DNA from: Octopus sinensis
Lineage: Eukaryota
DNA length: 59,380 bases
Direction of reading: 5' to 3'
NCBI RefSeq assembly: GCF_006345805.1
Contig: NW_021835511.1
Coordinates: forward strand, 1 to 59,380
Shown: piece after piece, positions 1 to 12,990 of the stretch
Layout of the letters: each line of letters begins with the position of its first letter
How positions within the stretch are numbered: the stretch's first letter is position 1
Notes under the pieces: model-generated
What the model was told of the DNA's origin: nothing
Seen by the model: the letters and a program-made list of their open reading frames with translations, nothing else
Database searches by the model: none
Program-made: the position numbers and the translations under genes

Positions 1-184
1 TCAGATGAAATGGGTAAGTCGATTACATCGACCCTGGTGTTCAACTGCCACTTAATTTATCAACCTCGAAAGGATAAAAAGCAAAGTCGACCTCGACGGA
101 ATTTGAACTCAAAACGTAAAGACAGATGAAATGCTGTTAAGCATTTCACTCGGCGTCTTATCGACTCTGCCAGCTCGCCGCCTT
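1..184 (-). mobile_element. SINE family A (tRNA-derived head), cut by window start
   Basis: Reverse complement of the GGCGGCGAGCTGGCAGA...GAGTTCAAATTCC head plus the GTCGACTTTGC..TTATCCTTTCGAGGTTGATAAATTAAG central domain. The same family recurs more than 10 times in the window. Confidence 0.85.
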
Positions 185-201
185 GACTTATGTAAAATAT
201 T

Positions 202-417
202 GATTTCAAATTTTGGCACAGGATCAGCTATTTCGGAGGATGAGGTAAGTCGATTACATCGATCCCAGTGTTTAACTGGTACTTATTTTATTGACTCTGA
301 AAGAATGAAAGGCAAAGTCGACCTCGGTGGAATTTGAACTGAGAACGTAAAGACAGACGAAATGCCGTGAAGCATTTTGGCCAGTGTGCTATCGATTCTG
401 CCAGCTCGTCGCCTTGT
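202..417 (-). mobile_element. SINE family A with alternative tail (..CCTGTGCCAAAATTTGAAAT)
   Basis: Full head and central domain, flanked by the 15 bp direct repeat CTTATGTAAAATATT (187-201, 418-432). Confidence 0.85.
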
Positions 418-514
418 CTTATGTAAAATATTAATACCAGGATTGCTTTTGGTGGCATCAATCTCTTCTAATACGCACGATTATCTCTTCTAATCTGAAT
501 GACTATGATGTTGT

Positions 515-665
515 TACTTAACCCCAGACCATCTCTGATCTAGCAGGCTTTTAATCAAATGTAATTCCATTGTGACAATACCATCTTTTCTTTTCAGTCA
601 TATGCTTCGAACTACATTATTCAATATGTCCTTCAATGTGATTTGCTGTAGATTTGGCTGCTATT
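515..665 (-). mobile_element. SINE-like family D, degenerate
   Basis: Similar to 47437-47560, 53050-53270 and 17965-18390 (CCCTGATC..GACCATCC..GATTTGGCTGCTATTT). Confidence 0.45.
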
Positions 666-1613
666 TTGCTGTAAACCGTGTGACAACATAATGGCACCGT
701 TGTCAGGTACACTTCGTAATCATGAATGAAGTTTTGTGTAGAATACGATTCCTATAAAAGCGGATTGTAGTGGTAGTTTAGTTTTCAGGTGAGTCAGAGA
801 ACGAAGCCTATTTAAGAGTGTTTATTGTATATAATTCTATTTTAAGTTGTAATTAGTGCACTGTTCATTTTGTTTAATTACTCTCTTTAATACTTTCCAT
901 CGGTTTTATAAAGAGTTTATTTGATTTTTATCGTAGATTTATTTTGTACGTTGTGTCTGGTTTATTTGTGCTTTGGGTGAAAGTGTTACTTATTCATTGG
1001 TTCACTTCATAGAGACTTTTGTCAACAAGTCATTTTTGTATATCTATCATTGATTTTGAATAATTTATAGATGAATCTTTCTTACAAGTCATCCTTATTC
1101 ATCTTAGGTATCTCACATCAGTCTTATACTGCTTCTGTGCACACTGACCTCGGAAACAGTCTCAAGTGGGGACGTGTCAATCTAGTCTCCCTCAACAGCT
1201 TCATAGCACGATCTCAGTATGTATCAAAGAAACAAATCTGGTCCTTCATTCTGCTCCAACATGGACAAAAATTAATGCTATCTATATAGATAAAAGTGAA
1301 ATTCTGTCTGTCCGGAACCCTTGTATCTCAGTCCACATTTGCTCTACATAGACATATATCTGACATTTTTGGAATCAGGATGATCCTGGGATTGAAAATC
1401 TAACCAACATTTAGTTCTTGAACATCTAGCATTGCGATCTGATGCAAGAGCATTTGAGCTGCTATTTCTAGCAAGTAATGCGGCAGGGAGAGGTTTCAAA
1501 CTGTTTACAAGAGTTACCCCCTTACCTATAATAAAAAAAACTGATCAAGACATTTTGAATTTAATACCAAAACTTTGTGACAGTTTCCCCCGTTACCTAC
1601 AATAATATAATTA

Positions 1614-2047
1614 GCAAGAGTGGTTGTGTGGTAAGTAGCTTCCTTACCAACCACATGGTTCCGGGTACAGTCCCACTGCGTGGCACCTTGGCGAAGAGTC
1701 ATCTACTATAGCCTCGGGCCGACCAAAGCCTTGTGAGTGGATTTGGTAAACGGAAACTGAAAGAAGCCCGTCGTATATGTGTATATATATGTATATATAT
1801 ATATATATGTATGTGTGCATGTGTGTATGTTTGTGTGTCTGTGTTTGTCCCCGCCAACGTCGCCTGACAACCGATGCTGGTATGTTTACGTCTCCATAAC
1901 TCAGCGGTTCGGCAAGAGAGACCGATAAAATAAGTACTAGGCTTACAAAGTATAAGTCCTGGGGTCGATTTGGTCGATTAAAGGCGGTGCTCCAGCACGG
2001 CCACAGTCAAATGACTGAAACAAAGAGAGAGAGTAAAAGAGAAAGAG
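1614..2047 (+). mobile_element. SINE family B (tRNA head, CORE-like segment, internal microsatellite, GGCGGTGCTCCAGC..ACTGAAACAAG tail)
   Basis: A-box/B-box-like head (TGGTTGTGTGG, GGGTACAGTCCC), GGCACCTTGG CORE-like block and internal (TA)/(TG) tract. Several near-identical copies in the window. Confidence 0.9.
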
Positions 2048-2856
2048 TCAAGGACAATCACTCACAATTATTAGACTTCACCTCATGCAGCAGTGATTTT
2101 TCCATGGTAGTCGTTCCAGAATCGGAAATGGCAACAATCTTTTCGTACTAACACCAAGAATGCTGTTCATCCGGCTGCTTTACAGTAATCTCCAAATGTC
2201 ACAGCGATACAAAATCCTCCAAATGTGATACTCTGTGATATAAATGGCAGGATACCAATAAATGTTTTATTATTATTATTGCTCTCTTCAGTTTTGGATG
2301 AAGGTCCAGTTAGCCCCCTGCGAGAGCTACACAAAAACTCCGCCCAGGGTGCGGCAATTGAGCTAGTAAACAATAAAATCTCAACACATGCTAGTCTTCT
2401 CAAACCCTGACGATTTTTCAGGACGACCACATATCTATAATATAGACACATTCTACGAATATGTACAATATCTATACATTTATTTTATTGCTACTCAGAA
2501 AAACCAGAGTATGAGAAGTTTTAGCGCACTCGTTTTTCGCCTCGCTTCTTTGGTGTCGCTGATTCGAGGCTGACTTATTTGACACCCAGCATGTACCCAG
2601 CATATTTTTGCTCAGTGAAAATTTTGTTTTTATTCTAGTTGACCTCAAACTTGTAATCAAAGCTACTAAAATACTGAGCTACTAAATATCAATTACCTTT
2701 TTCCTACACTTTAATGTATATGATGGCTGGTGAAATATTGAAATATTGACAAAACGGGAAAAGAAGAAATTTCTCACAATGGATTTGTAAACATGTTTGA
2801 CAAAGTAAGCAAACTGACATTGAATTAAAATTTTGGCTTCGTCAGCAGAAAATAGG

Positions 2857-2902
<46 letters not shown>

Positions 2903-3648
2903 CATTAAGATGTATTTAATGACCCTTCCCCCAATTGCTACAACCACCTCTTTCTCTACCTCTCTCTCTGACTCTCTCTCCCCCTCTTTCTGTCTCTCAC
3001 TGTATGTGTATATTTCTGTATGCGGATGAATGTGTCTGTGTTTTCCGTGCCAAAAATTACTGTCGCAAAGAAAAAAACACTCGCCAAAAGTGGTCCAGTG
3101 TCCAGTCGGTTGCTCCTAATTGTTTAATTCCAAATATTCTTTATGATTAGAGATGATGAGGTAAAATCTTACCCTGGACTATTTGTTTGCTTAAGACTCA
3201 CAACAATATTTATTGTTATCACTAGCGATATCAAGATATAACTTTGTATTTTGTATTTTATGTGTAGATGTATATATATAGATGTACATGTAATATGTAC
3301 ACATATATATACACATATATACATGCACTAACACTATGACCCGGCAACGACAGGTCTTTAATGCTAGTATGTATATATACACATACACACAAGGGGGTAT
3401 TTAAAAGTTTATGGCTTTAAGGGTATCGCGAAAGACCAGGAAGCCTAAATTTCCGAGTTCTTTTACCTCGTCCACGAAATCACGTGATATGGAATTCTGG
3501 CATCCTTCTGCTACGATCTATGTGTGTCCTCTTATGCACCAAGTGCCTATTTGAGAGTATCTCACAAGGCTAATACCAAGCATTCGGTATTCTAACAAGG
3601 CATCGATGTTAAGTTGGATATAAAAATTACCTTATATATATATATATA

Positions 3649-4031
3649 TACTCTTTTACTTGTTTCAGTCATTTGACTGCGGCCATGCTGGAGCACCGCC
3701 TTTAATCGAGCAAATCGACCCCGGGACTTATTCTTTTGTAAGCCCAGTACTTATTCTATCGGTCTCTTTTGCCGAACCTTTAAGTAACGGGGACGTAAAC
3801 ACACCAGCATCGGTTGTCAAGCAATGCTAGGGGGACAAACACAGACACACAAACACACAAACATACACACACACACATATAAACATATATATACATATAT
3901 ACGACGGGCTTCTTTCAGTTTCCGTCTACCAAATCCACTCACAAGGCTTTGGTTGGCCCGAGGCTATAGTAGTGGGACTGAACCCGGAAGCATGTGGTTG
4001 GTAAACAAGCTACTTACCACACAGCCACTCC
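3649..4031 (-). mobile_element. SINE family B, small internal deletion near 3965
   Basis: TACTCTTTTACTTGTTTCAGTCATTTGACTGCGGCC...CACACAGCCACTCC, colinear with the other copies. Confidence 0.9.
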
Positions 4032-4520
4032 TTAAATATATATATATTTATGTAATTAATCTAAAAAAATTACAAGAAAAAAACAGCAACAATGGGAGGA
4101 CGTGGTACATGTAAAGTGTTAAAAGACGCCCAGGGAAGGAAAGAAAGGGTGTTTTACTTTTCGAGCAAATCTCTTCTTCAGAAACAGGAGACAGAAGAAA
4201 GTCCAAGAAAAAAGGAATACGGAGGACAAAAATCTCCAACAATCACATACAAAACAAGTGTGTTAGTGCTTTATAGGACATACACAGGTTTCACGAAAAT
4301 GCTAAAATAATTATGCAACAGTAAGAGAAACATCACGCTGTCATGTACTACACTGCAATAAAGTGTGGAACCCACTGCGGAGCCCGATTTTTGGTGGCGT
4401 GTCGCACTTTGCTGCACTCCTTTTGTGCCATACATACATACATACATACATACATAGATACATAATTAATCTACATTCTTCTTGTCAATTATCTACTAAT
4501 TTATTGTGTTACTGGCTTCA

Positions 4521-4582
<62 letters not shown>

Positions 4583-4757
4583 CATGTGTGTATGTGTGTT
4601 TATATGTGTACGTATATAGGTATAAAAGTATGTGCGCGCACGTGCGTATAAGTCTATTAGTATACATAAATAATGGGCAGAAGGTAATATTCGCTAATTC
4701 TTTCAACTATTATGAAATGAGTGAGTTTTTTCTTCTGCGGTGCGGAAAATTGATACA

Positions 4758-4788
<31 letters not shown>

Positions 4789-4792
4789 CACA

Positions 4793-4844
<52 letters not shown>

Positions 4845-4941
4845 GTGTGTGTGTGTATTTATATGTATGTTTTTATGTATGAATGTATGTATGTATATGT
4901 ATGCAACTATGTATGAAAAAATATATATATATAAATATGCA

Positions 4942-4978
<37 letters not shown>

Positions 4979-5441
4979 ATGTATATCAACCAGTGCAGCG
5001 TATAACACAGTAACGACATTTTATTTCCAAGAGAACTTTTTTCCATGAGACACAGTTTTAATACTAAGTACTTCGACAGGATTGACTTCTTGATAGAGCA
5101 AATATTCGCTTTGTAATTAATGTAAGTACTAATCACTCTTATTAAAGTAGGCATTAATTAGCAATTAACAGGTATATAACATAATAAATGATGACATACT
5201 TCAGACTAGTTAGGTACACAGACGCCGCCATAACACTTTTTTTGTATTTCATGAATTTTCGGATGAGAACTGATTCTACAGAGATTGGATAATTTTATTT
5301 ATATTATACAGTAAATGGCATCTTAATTTTTATCAATTAAAATAACTGAAGTCACCATGATGTTATGCAATTATATACTTCCGTATTTTTGTTCTAGTTA
5401 ATATAATTACTAATTAGATTTACTAAAAACATAAATATAGA

Positions 5442-5819
5442 GCGAAGTATACACAGTAGCTGCACGACATGGTGAAGTATATTTGCCACTTAAATGTAGC
5501 TAACCCTTATGGCTGGATGCTACTGTAGCTTGTAGCCCCAGGGGGAACCTCATCCAGCTAGCTATTGACACACTTTCTGTGCCCTGATGATGGGTCAATA
5601 TTCAGAAACCCGGGTCCGTGTGTATCACGTCAGGTTGAAGATGGGAACGATGACTTGCCTTTGCAAATACTGATAGGGCATAGAAAGTGTATTAATAGCC
5701 AGCTGGAAGAGGTGTCTTCCTGGGGCTACAAGCTACAGTAGCATCCACTCTTAAGGGTTAGCCACATTTAAGTGGCAAATTTACTTCACGATGTTGTGCA
5801 GCTACTGTTAATACCTCGT
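5442..5819. repeat. Fold-back inverted repeat, arms about 144 bp (5442-5585 / 5675-5819), spacer about 90 bp
   Basis: Arms align by eye at roughly 85% (e.g. GCTACTGTAGCTTGTAGCCCCAGG vs CCTGGGGCTACAAGCTACAGTAGC). Confidence 0.9.
5584..5616 (+). ncRNA. Minimal type I hammerhead ribozyme-like core (Penelope-type)
   Basis: CTGATGA, stem II (TGGG/TTCA), GAAA, then C-CCGG-G-TC. The core is intact, with palindromic stem III and a GUC site. Stem I is weak (C-C at its first pair). Confidence 0.55.
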
Positions 5820-6229
5820 TCAGAGAATTATTATAAATATAGAATCACCCACTTTTTTTGAAAACATCACTTAAGTTCTCTCTGTGAGATTGTATCGAGC
5901 TGACTACAATTCGCTTCCAATTCTTTCTTGATTGTGCCATTCTTTTACATTTTGGCCCAAATGATTTAACTAAATCGTCTTCGCATCGTCGTAAGAGCCT
6001 TACTAGTGACCTTTACTGATCAATTGGATATCACTCGGTAGCTGCACGGGCCGAAATATTGTCTGTGAATCTTGCGACATGTCCAGCTCAGCTCCTCTGA
6101 TGAAGTTCAGTAGACTGAAATCATATAATTGTTTTGCTTATTTTTAGAAAACCCCTTTTCTGTTTTAACATTTTCTTTTACGTGTAACTACAACTTGTTT
6201 CCCTCTTGTTTTTCTTCGGACATTGTGCA

Positions 6230-6710
6230 GATCCTTCTGACTTGACACCACTGTTATCACCGTTTTAAAAATAAATTTTCCTCATTATCTGCCCTTTTTT
6301 TCTTAGGACCTTACACCTTTTATTTATATATTTTCTTGCCACCAATGCTGTTTTCCCCGGTGGTTTCTCCTACTCTCCATTTCATCTCCTCACGCTCTCC
6401 TCTCACCTACATTACATTCACAGCTACACCCCCTCCGCCTCCAACATCTCAACTATCCAACACAGCTCTCCTCTCACACCTCCGCACATCTCAACAAACC
6501 GCTTGCTCACCTCCATACATGGATACTCTCCTATATATGCAAACGCCACGCTTATTCCTTTTCTCTCCCTAACCCTTCCCATATAACAGCATTTCTACTT
6601 GGCTCTTACATAATTTCCCCCATCTTTCTTTTCTTTCTTGCTCTCATGGAGGACAAGTGTCCGAAACGTTAAAGACTTCTTTGCTCCCTTTCAAGCGTTA
6701 TATTAATCAT
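6230..6710 (+). mobile_element. Penelope-like terminal-repeat remnant
   Basis: Pyrimidine-rich tract ending in GGAC-AAGT-GTCC-GAAACGTTAAAGAC, a degenerate hammerhead-like arrangement of the kind found in Penelope pLTRs. Confidence 0.35.
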
Positions 6711-6774
6711 ATGTTTGCCAAAACTTCTTCCTCTCGATTTCGGTTTTTCTTGCTTTTGCCCATTACCTTATAAT

Positions 6775-6971
6775 GCATACATACATACACACATACACAC
6801 ATACATACATACACATATATGCATACATACATACATACATACACACATACATACGCATATACATACATACATACATACATACATACATACATACATACAT
6901 ACATACATACATACATACATACTTATACACAACCATATGTGCATACACACACACACATATATATGTATATT

Positions 6972-7002
<31 letters not shown>

Positions 7003-7042
7003 ATATATAAATATGTTTATATATATAAATACACACATATAT

Positions 7043-7087
<45 letters not shown>

Positions 7088-7150
7088 TATATATACACCA
7101 CTGGCATATATATATATGAATATAAATATATACACACACATACACATATA
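6775..7150. repeat. (CATA)n/(CA)n/(TA)n compound microsatellite
   Basis: Directly visible. Confidence 0.95.
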
Positions 7151-7607
7151 TGTGTTCGGTGTATGTGTTTGTGAGTGGCATGGTGGGTGAGTGTTTGTGT
7201 TTTATGTGTATATATACCCAATGTACCAAGGATCAAATTGAGCGATTTTATCGATTCTAAACGAAGTTCTTTGTACTTTAACTTAGTGACTGTGTAAATT
7301 TATCGATATTAGATTATCAGATTGTGAACCAAAGTTAGTCAATTGGCACTTCGTCCGCACAATGGCGTATACTCACCCACCAACATAACTACATACTTGT
7401 ATCATTCACGTGTACACACACTCGTACACGTTCACACGCACATAGATTTTTTTATGCGTGTGTGTATTTGTAAAATTAACTTAAGTATGCTTGTAGGTAT
7501 GCATGTGTATACACACACACACGCACTCATTTATACAAATATGCGTAAATAGAAACATACATATGTGTGTAGATATATACGTGTAGTTATGTATGTATGT
7601 ATGTATG

Positions 7608-7641
<34 letters not shown>

Positions 7642-7680
7642 TGTATGTATGTATGTATGTATGTATGTATGTATGTATAT

Positions 7681-7907
7681 GCGAGCTGGCAGACAAGTTA
7701 GCGCGCCGGGTGAAATGCTTAGCGGTATTTCGTCTGTCGTTACGTTCTGAGTTCAAATTCCGCCGAGGTCAACTTTGCCTTTCATCCTTTCGGGGTCGAT
7801 AAATAAAGTACCAGTTTCGCACTGGGGGCGATATAATCGACTCAATCCCTTCGTCTGTCCTTGTTTGTCCCTTCTATGTTTAGCCCCTTATGGGCAGTAA
7901 AGAAATA
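7681..7907 (+). mobile_element. SINE family A (tail 1), inserted in (TATG)n
   Basis: GCGAGCTGGCAG...TTTAGCCCCTTATGGGCAGTAAAGAAATA with (TATG)n/(TA)n on both sides. Confidence 0.9.
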
Positions 7908-8325
7908 TATATATATATATGTATGTATGTATGTACATATAAATATGTATGTATATATGTGTGTGTGTGTGTGTGTGTGTACGTCTTGGTAGATGTGTGT
8001 AGACGTGCATGCTTAAACGTACGAATATATATATATACGTGGTTTAATGTAAAAAAATAAAGTTATGCATACAAATAAAGAGGTGTGTGTGTGTGTGTGT
8101 GTGTGCGTCTCCAGGTGGGTAGGTAGGTGTGGCTGTTTTCGTAAACCAAATTCTAATCTACAGTCACCATTTCTGTCTTCCAAACTTTTATCATTGTTAA
8201 ATTAGAACTTGCTTTTATCTACGGCAGCTCAGGTGGTTGACTTTCCTTTTTCTCTTTTGACATCCTGAACTGTAATTATTCCTCTCTTCCTTCTTTCTTT
8301 CTATCTTTATTTCACTGATAAAATA

Positions 8326-9700
8326 TCAGGTTGTAATGGAAGTTCTGTCCGTTTTTCTAATTGAAAAAAAACCACACAAAAAAATGAAAATGCAGACAAA
8401 AAAGATTTATTTAATGATCAACATTGTCACCATTCTTTTCAACATAGTCACCATCTTCCTCTAAGATTTTTGATACCCTTTTCATTAAATTCGTTTGGTT
8501 TTGACTCGAAAAAAAAAACTAGCCTCATTTCAACCTCTTCTCTTGAAGTTATCTGAAGTCCTGCAAAATGATTCTCTAAACTTCTAAAAAGATGGTAATC
8601 TGCTGGAGCAGGGTCAGGAGAATATGGTGGGTGAAGCATAATTTCCTAGCCAAATTCTTCTTGGAGATTCATAGTCATTCTCGCAGCGTGGGGTCAGGCA
8701 ATAACATGCTGCAGGCTCACTCCTTTTCTGTTTACCAACGAAGGCCGTTTTTCCTGCAGAACTGTTTTTAAGCATCTTAACTGTTGGCAATAATAAACTT
8801 CAAGGTGGCGAGCTGGCAGAATCATTAGCACGCCGGGCGAAATGCTTAGCGGTATTTCGTCTGTCGTTACGTTCTGAGTTCAAATTCCGCCGAGGTCGAC
8901 TTTGTCTTTCATCCTTTCGGGGTCGATAAATAAAGTACCAGTTACGCACCGGGGTCGATGTAATCGACTTAATCCCTTTGTCTGTCCTTGCTTGTCCCCT
9001 CTATGTTTAGCCCCTTGTGGGTAGTAAAGATATAGGTATTTTGTCTGCCGCTACGTTCTGAGTTCAAATTCCTATAAATTAAGTACCAGTTACGCACCGG
9101 GGTCGATGTAATCGACTTAATACCTATGTCTGTCCTTGTTTGTCCCCTCTATGTTTAGCCCCTTGAGGGCAATAAAGAAATAAATAATAAACTTCAACTG
9201 TTATTGTTTTGTCACCTAACTTAGTCGTTCTTGACATTTAAATCCGGCAGCTTTGGATGCCACTAATCTGGTGTGACACGTGATCGTAAAGATTGTCTGA
9301 TATCCAAATCTTGGTTTACGTGGGGTTTGTGATGTGATGCTGACTCTTGTTGAAGCACGCATGGTTTTTCACTGCGTACTTCATCTATCAAAGGCTTAGC
9401 AACTGACTCCAGCGCATGAAACACATCTAGTATCATTAATTCTAAGTCGCAGTGAAGAAAATGTGGGGTGGCATGCCATGACCTTCGCTACTTATCACTC
9501 CAGAAGCCATAATAGGTGCTGTAGACCTAGTGTGCATCATCCTGGTGTCATCAGAAGGATCTGCACAAAACCATCTATCAATTCTCCTGTTAGACTTTTG
9601 GCCTTAGTCGAAGTATTTTTCATCGGAGAACAACCAAAGCATGTTCATGGGTTTTTTAAAAAATTTGTTAAGTAACGCTGGGTACGGGTCAAACGGTTTT
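8326..9700 (-). mobile_element. Mariner transposon relic interrupted by SINE-A
   Basis: ORF 8448-8639 reads LHPPYSPDPAPADYHLFRSLENHF (mariner YSPD motif). Transposase-like sequence continues after 9197, with a TIR-like TCAGGTTG..GTTCTGTCCGTTTT at 8326. Confidence 0.8.
8804..9182 (+). mobile_element. SINE-A partial dimer
   Basis: Head plus unit 1, then unit 2 restarting at 9035 (GGTATTT). 15 bp TSD AATAATAAACTTCAA at 8789-8803 and 9183-9197. Confidence 0.9.
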
Positions 9701-9859
9701 CATGTGTCTTTGTAAGCATGTCCTCTCACCAGTACATATATGAAACAAACTTTTTTTCGAACAACGAAAAAAACAGAGAAACGAGACATACAACATAAAG
9801 AATATTCCCCTTCTTCAGTTGTCCCGGTTTCATCTACTCAGTGTTCGAAGGAAAGAACA

Positions 9860-10712
9860 AGACGCGACTTCGATGAAACAGTCCTTCCCGCAAAGCAAAT
9901 TAAAATTCGAGATTTTTTGCAAGGACCTTCTTCCAAAATTCATTTGTCCGTAATGAAAAATACTCCTCCAGTACTGTTCTGACTTTGTCTACAGAATTCA
10001 TATTTTTTCCGTCCAAATGATTTTGATGACTGTGGAATATTTGATAATTAGATGAGGCAATGTCTGGCGAATGTGGTGAATGGGGCAGCGTTTCCCATTC
10101 AAACTGCTCCAGCCTTTGGAATGTCATCCCCGCTGTATGTGACCGAGCACTATCCTGATGGAAGAACACTTTTCGTCTTGAAACCAAAGATGGTCGTTTT
10201 TCTAAGGGCCGCATGTGTCGATGAATGGTTGAATGACCAAATCCAAGCTTTTCTGTTAGTTCCTCAACAGTTACAATAGGATTTGTTCCACGAGGGTTTG
10301 CAGGACGTCCCCGTCGAGCTCTACAGATTTTCAAGGACGAGGCTCGTTTTCTAGGCTGTAGTTTCCGGCTCGGATTTTCTGGAACTACCGTTGACATTGA
10401 CTTACGCTTATTGTCCGATCTCCATATACTGCATTAAGATTCCTCGCTTAATATTCATCCCGTTGTGTTGTTGTCTTTACTGAACTCATAAAGCAAAATA
10501 TGCCGAATATACTCCTTTGTCACTTCCATAATGGCTTTGAAATAACTGTTAAAATCGAACTGCACTCTTCAAAGGTTGCACTAAGAATAAGTTTTAAGGT
10601 AAAATTACTACCTGCTTTTATAGCAAGTTGATGCAGGTAGTTTATCCCGTCCCCCTCCAACTTTTAGTTCATCCAACTGCAAAAAAACTGCATTATTTAT
10701 GGGATGACCCAA
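9860..10712 (-). mobile_element. Mariner transposon relic, internally deleted
   Basis: ETLPHSPHSPDIASSNYQIF (YSPD-type) and FFHQDSARSH in ORF 9900-10397. Start MEVTKEYIRHILLYEF near 10530; 5' TIR TTGGGTCATCCCATAAATAATGC preceded by TA. Confidence 0.85.
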
Positions 10713-10714
10713 TA

Positions 10715-10728
10715 TATACCTATGTATG

Positions 10729-10762
<34 letters not shown>

Positions 10763-10905
10763 TGTATGTATGTATGTATGTATGTTTGTATGTATGTATG
10801 TATGTTTGTATGTATGTATGTATGTATGTATGTATGTTTGTATGTATGTATGTATGTATGTATGTTTGTATGTATGTTTGTATGTATGTATGTACGTACG
10901 TATAC
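10715..10905. repeat. (TATG)n microsatellite
   Basis: Directly visible. Confidence 0.95.
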
Positions 10906-11445
10906 AGGGAGCAGATAACTTCACACTTTCCCTGTACATTCTGTAGCAATCTACGCCATCTGCTCCTCACTTAACCGCCTCTCGTTCATTGAATACTAAA
11001 CGATTGAATGGAGCAGGTCGGCAAGGTTAAAAACCATTTAACTCTGCTGAACTGAGCGCTGATCAGACCCACGAATGAGGTGATGAGGCATCAGGCATCG
11101 ACGCCTGCACGCACACACGCACACGGAGACGCACAAAGACGAACACGCACTCACACGCCCACATACACACACGCTCAGCCTCATGTCATGCATGTGCGCA
11201 CTTACAATGCTGTGTTTATTACCTTCCCATCCCCGTTTTGCTGTTAATAGTTGTTCCTTCTTACGCCTTTCCCTCTCTCTTTCATTCTTCCTCTTTCTTT
11301 TCTAATTCCCCTTCCTTCTCACTTCTATTTTCACTTTCACTTCCACTCGTTTCCGTTCCGTCTCCGCCCTCTTCTGCTTTCAGTATTCCCCTCTACCTTT
11401 CACGTTTCCTACTTCTTTTACTAACCTACTGATAAATCCCTTTTC

Positions 11446-11566
<121 letters not shown>

Positions 11567-12057
11567 CGTTTTTCGTCTTTCTATCAGTCTCTATTCCTTT
11601 CTTCTGTGGCTCTCTCTGTCTCTCTACCTGTCTAATCCCCTCCCTCTCTCTCACTCTCTGCATATACACGCAGAGTCAGACGCGTAAACAAGTTAAACAT
11701 TTTAGTGGTCGTGTGCCTTCTGCGATTACCTTATGTTTCCCCCAAATGTATACGCGCGTACACGCGCACACAAATACATTCACACACACACACGCACACG
11801 CACACACTCACACACATGCACTTTCATACAATGTTGAATTCTGTCTCGCTCTGCCTTCCCTTCCCTATTTCTCGTTTCCTTCTTTCTCCTCTTCCCAATC
11901 CCCTTCTTCACTCCTCCTTTCCTCTCCCCTCTCTTTCTCTTCATGACCCTCTCTCTTTATATCTCTTCATAATTGTCTCCGCCATTTCTCTACCTGTCTG
12001 TCTTTACCACATACACGCACATACACACGCACACACATACACACACGAACACACGCA

Positions 12058-12096
<39 letters not shown>

Positions 12097-12152
12097 GCTC
12101 TCTCTCCGTTCATCTGTCTCTCTCTTGCTGTTTCTCTGTCACTATCACTGTA

Positions 12153-12187
<35 letters not shown>

Positions 12188-12340
12188 TGCGCGCTTGCAA
12201 TTACAATTGCCCCGCCACAGTCTTGCGTGTTCGCCTTTTCACTGCCCTTTCTTACTGACTTTCTTTATTTCTCTCAATCACTTTTACCTGTCGGTCACTC
12301 TTTAAAAGACACACACACACACGCACGCTGATGAAATACA

Positions 12341-12990
12341 TTCCCCCCCCTTTGTTGTCGAAAACATGTGTCTCAGTTACTCTGTCATTCTGTGCTCAAA
12401 GAAATGGATGAGCTGGGTCGTTGCCAGTTTCGATGATGAGTATTCAATTCTTTGATGAACTGAATTACTTGCTTATTGAACATTTCTTGTAAGGGGTCAA
12501 ATATTCCACAAATACATGGACCCTTAACATGACACGTTGTGTGACATGCTTGTACCTTTGAAGTATGGGTACAATTCATCTGATAGGCTTTTAAACAGCT
12601 TCCATTTTCTATACCCTTTCCGTGTTCTGTAGAGCTTCTGTCTTCTATACACTTCCTGTTTGTTATACAGTTTCCGTCTTCCATAGAACTTCCGTTTTCT
12701 AAAATGTTTCTGTTTAGTTTCCATCTTCTATACAGTTTCCTATTTTTTTTTATAGTTTCACAGTTTCACTCGCAAGGTATTAGTCGACCGTGGCTATAGG
12801 CTATCCCGGGGTTGTGAAACGACCTTAGTACGCCATACTGCGGCGCATCTACAGGTCGGAGAAATAACTCATACACTGGGGACGATATTTCATAGATTGT
12901 GTCCACCCCACAATTTTGACACTTTGTACCATGTGTTAGAAACCAGTCAGTCAAGCACGTTATTACATCCGTCGGTAAGTCTTTAATCAT
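12341..12990 (-). other. Orphan island of short non-repetitive ORFs with an 18 bp degenerate repeat, ending in a purine tract
   Basis: ORFs 12766-12990, 12524-12724 and 12385-12684; GGAAACTGTATAGAAGAC-like units; AAAGGGGGGGGAA-TGT at 12353-12338. Identity unknown. Confidence 0.3.

Noticed and set aside
740-1330. Possible decayed Penelope C-terminus on minus
   Set aside because: Only faint motif resemblance; I could not support it without alignment.
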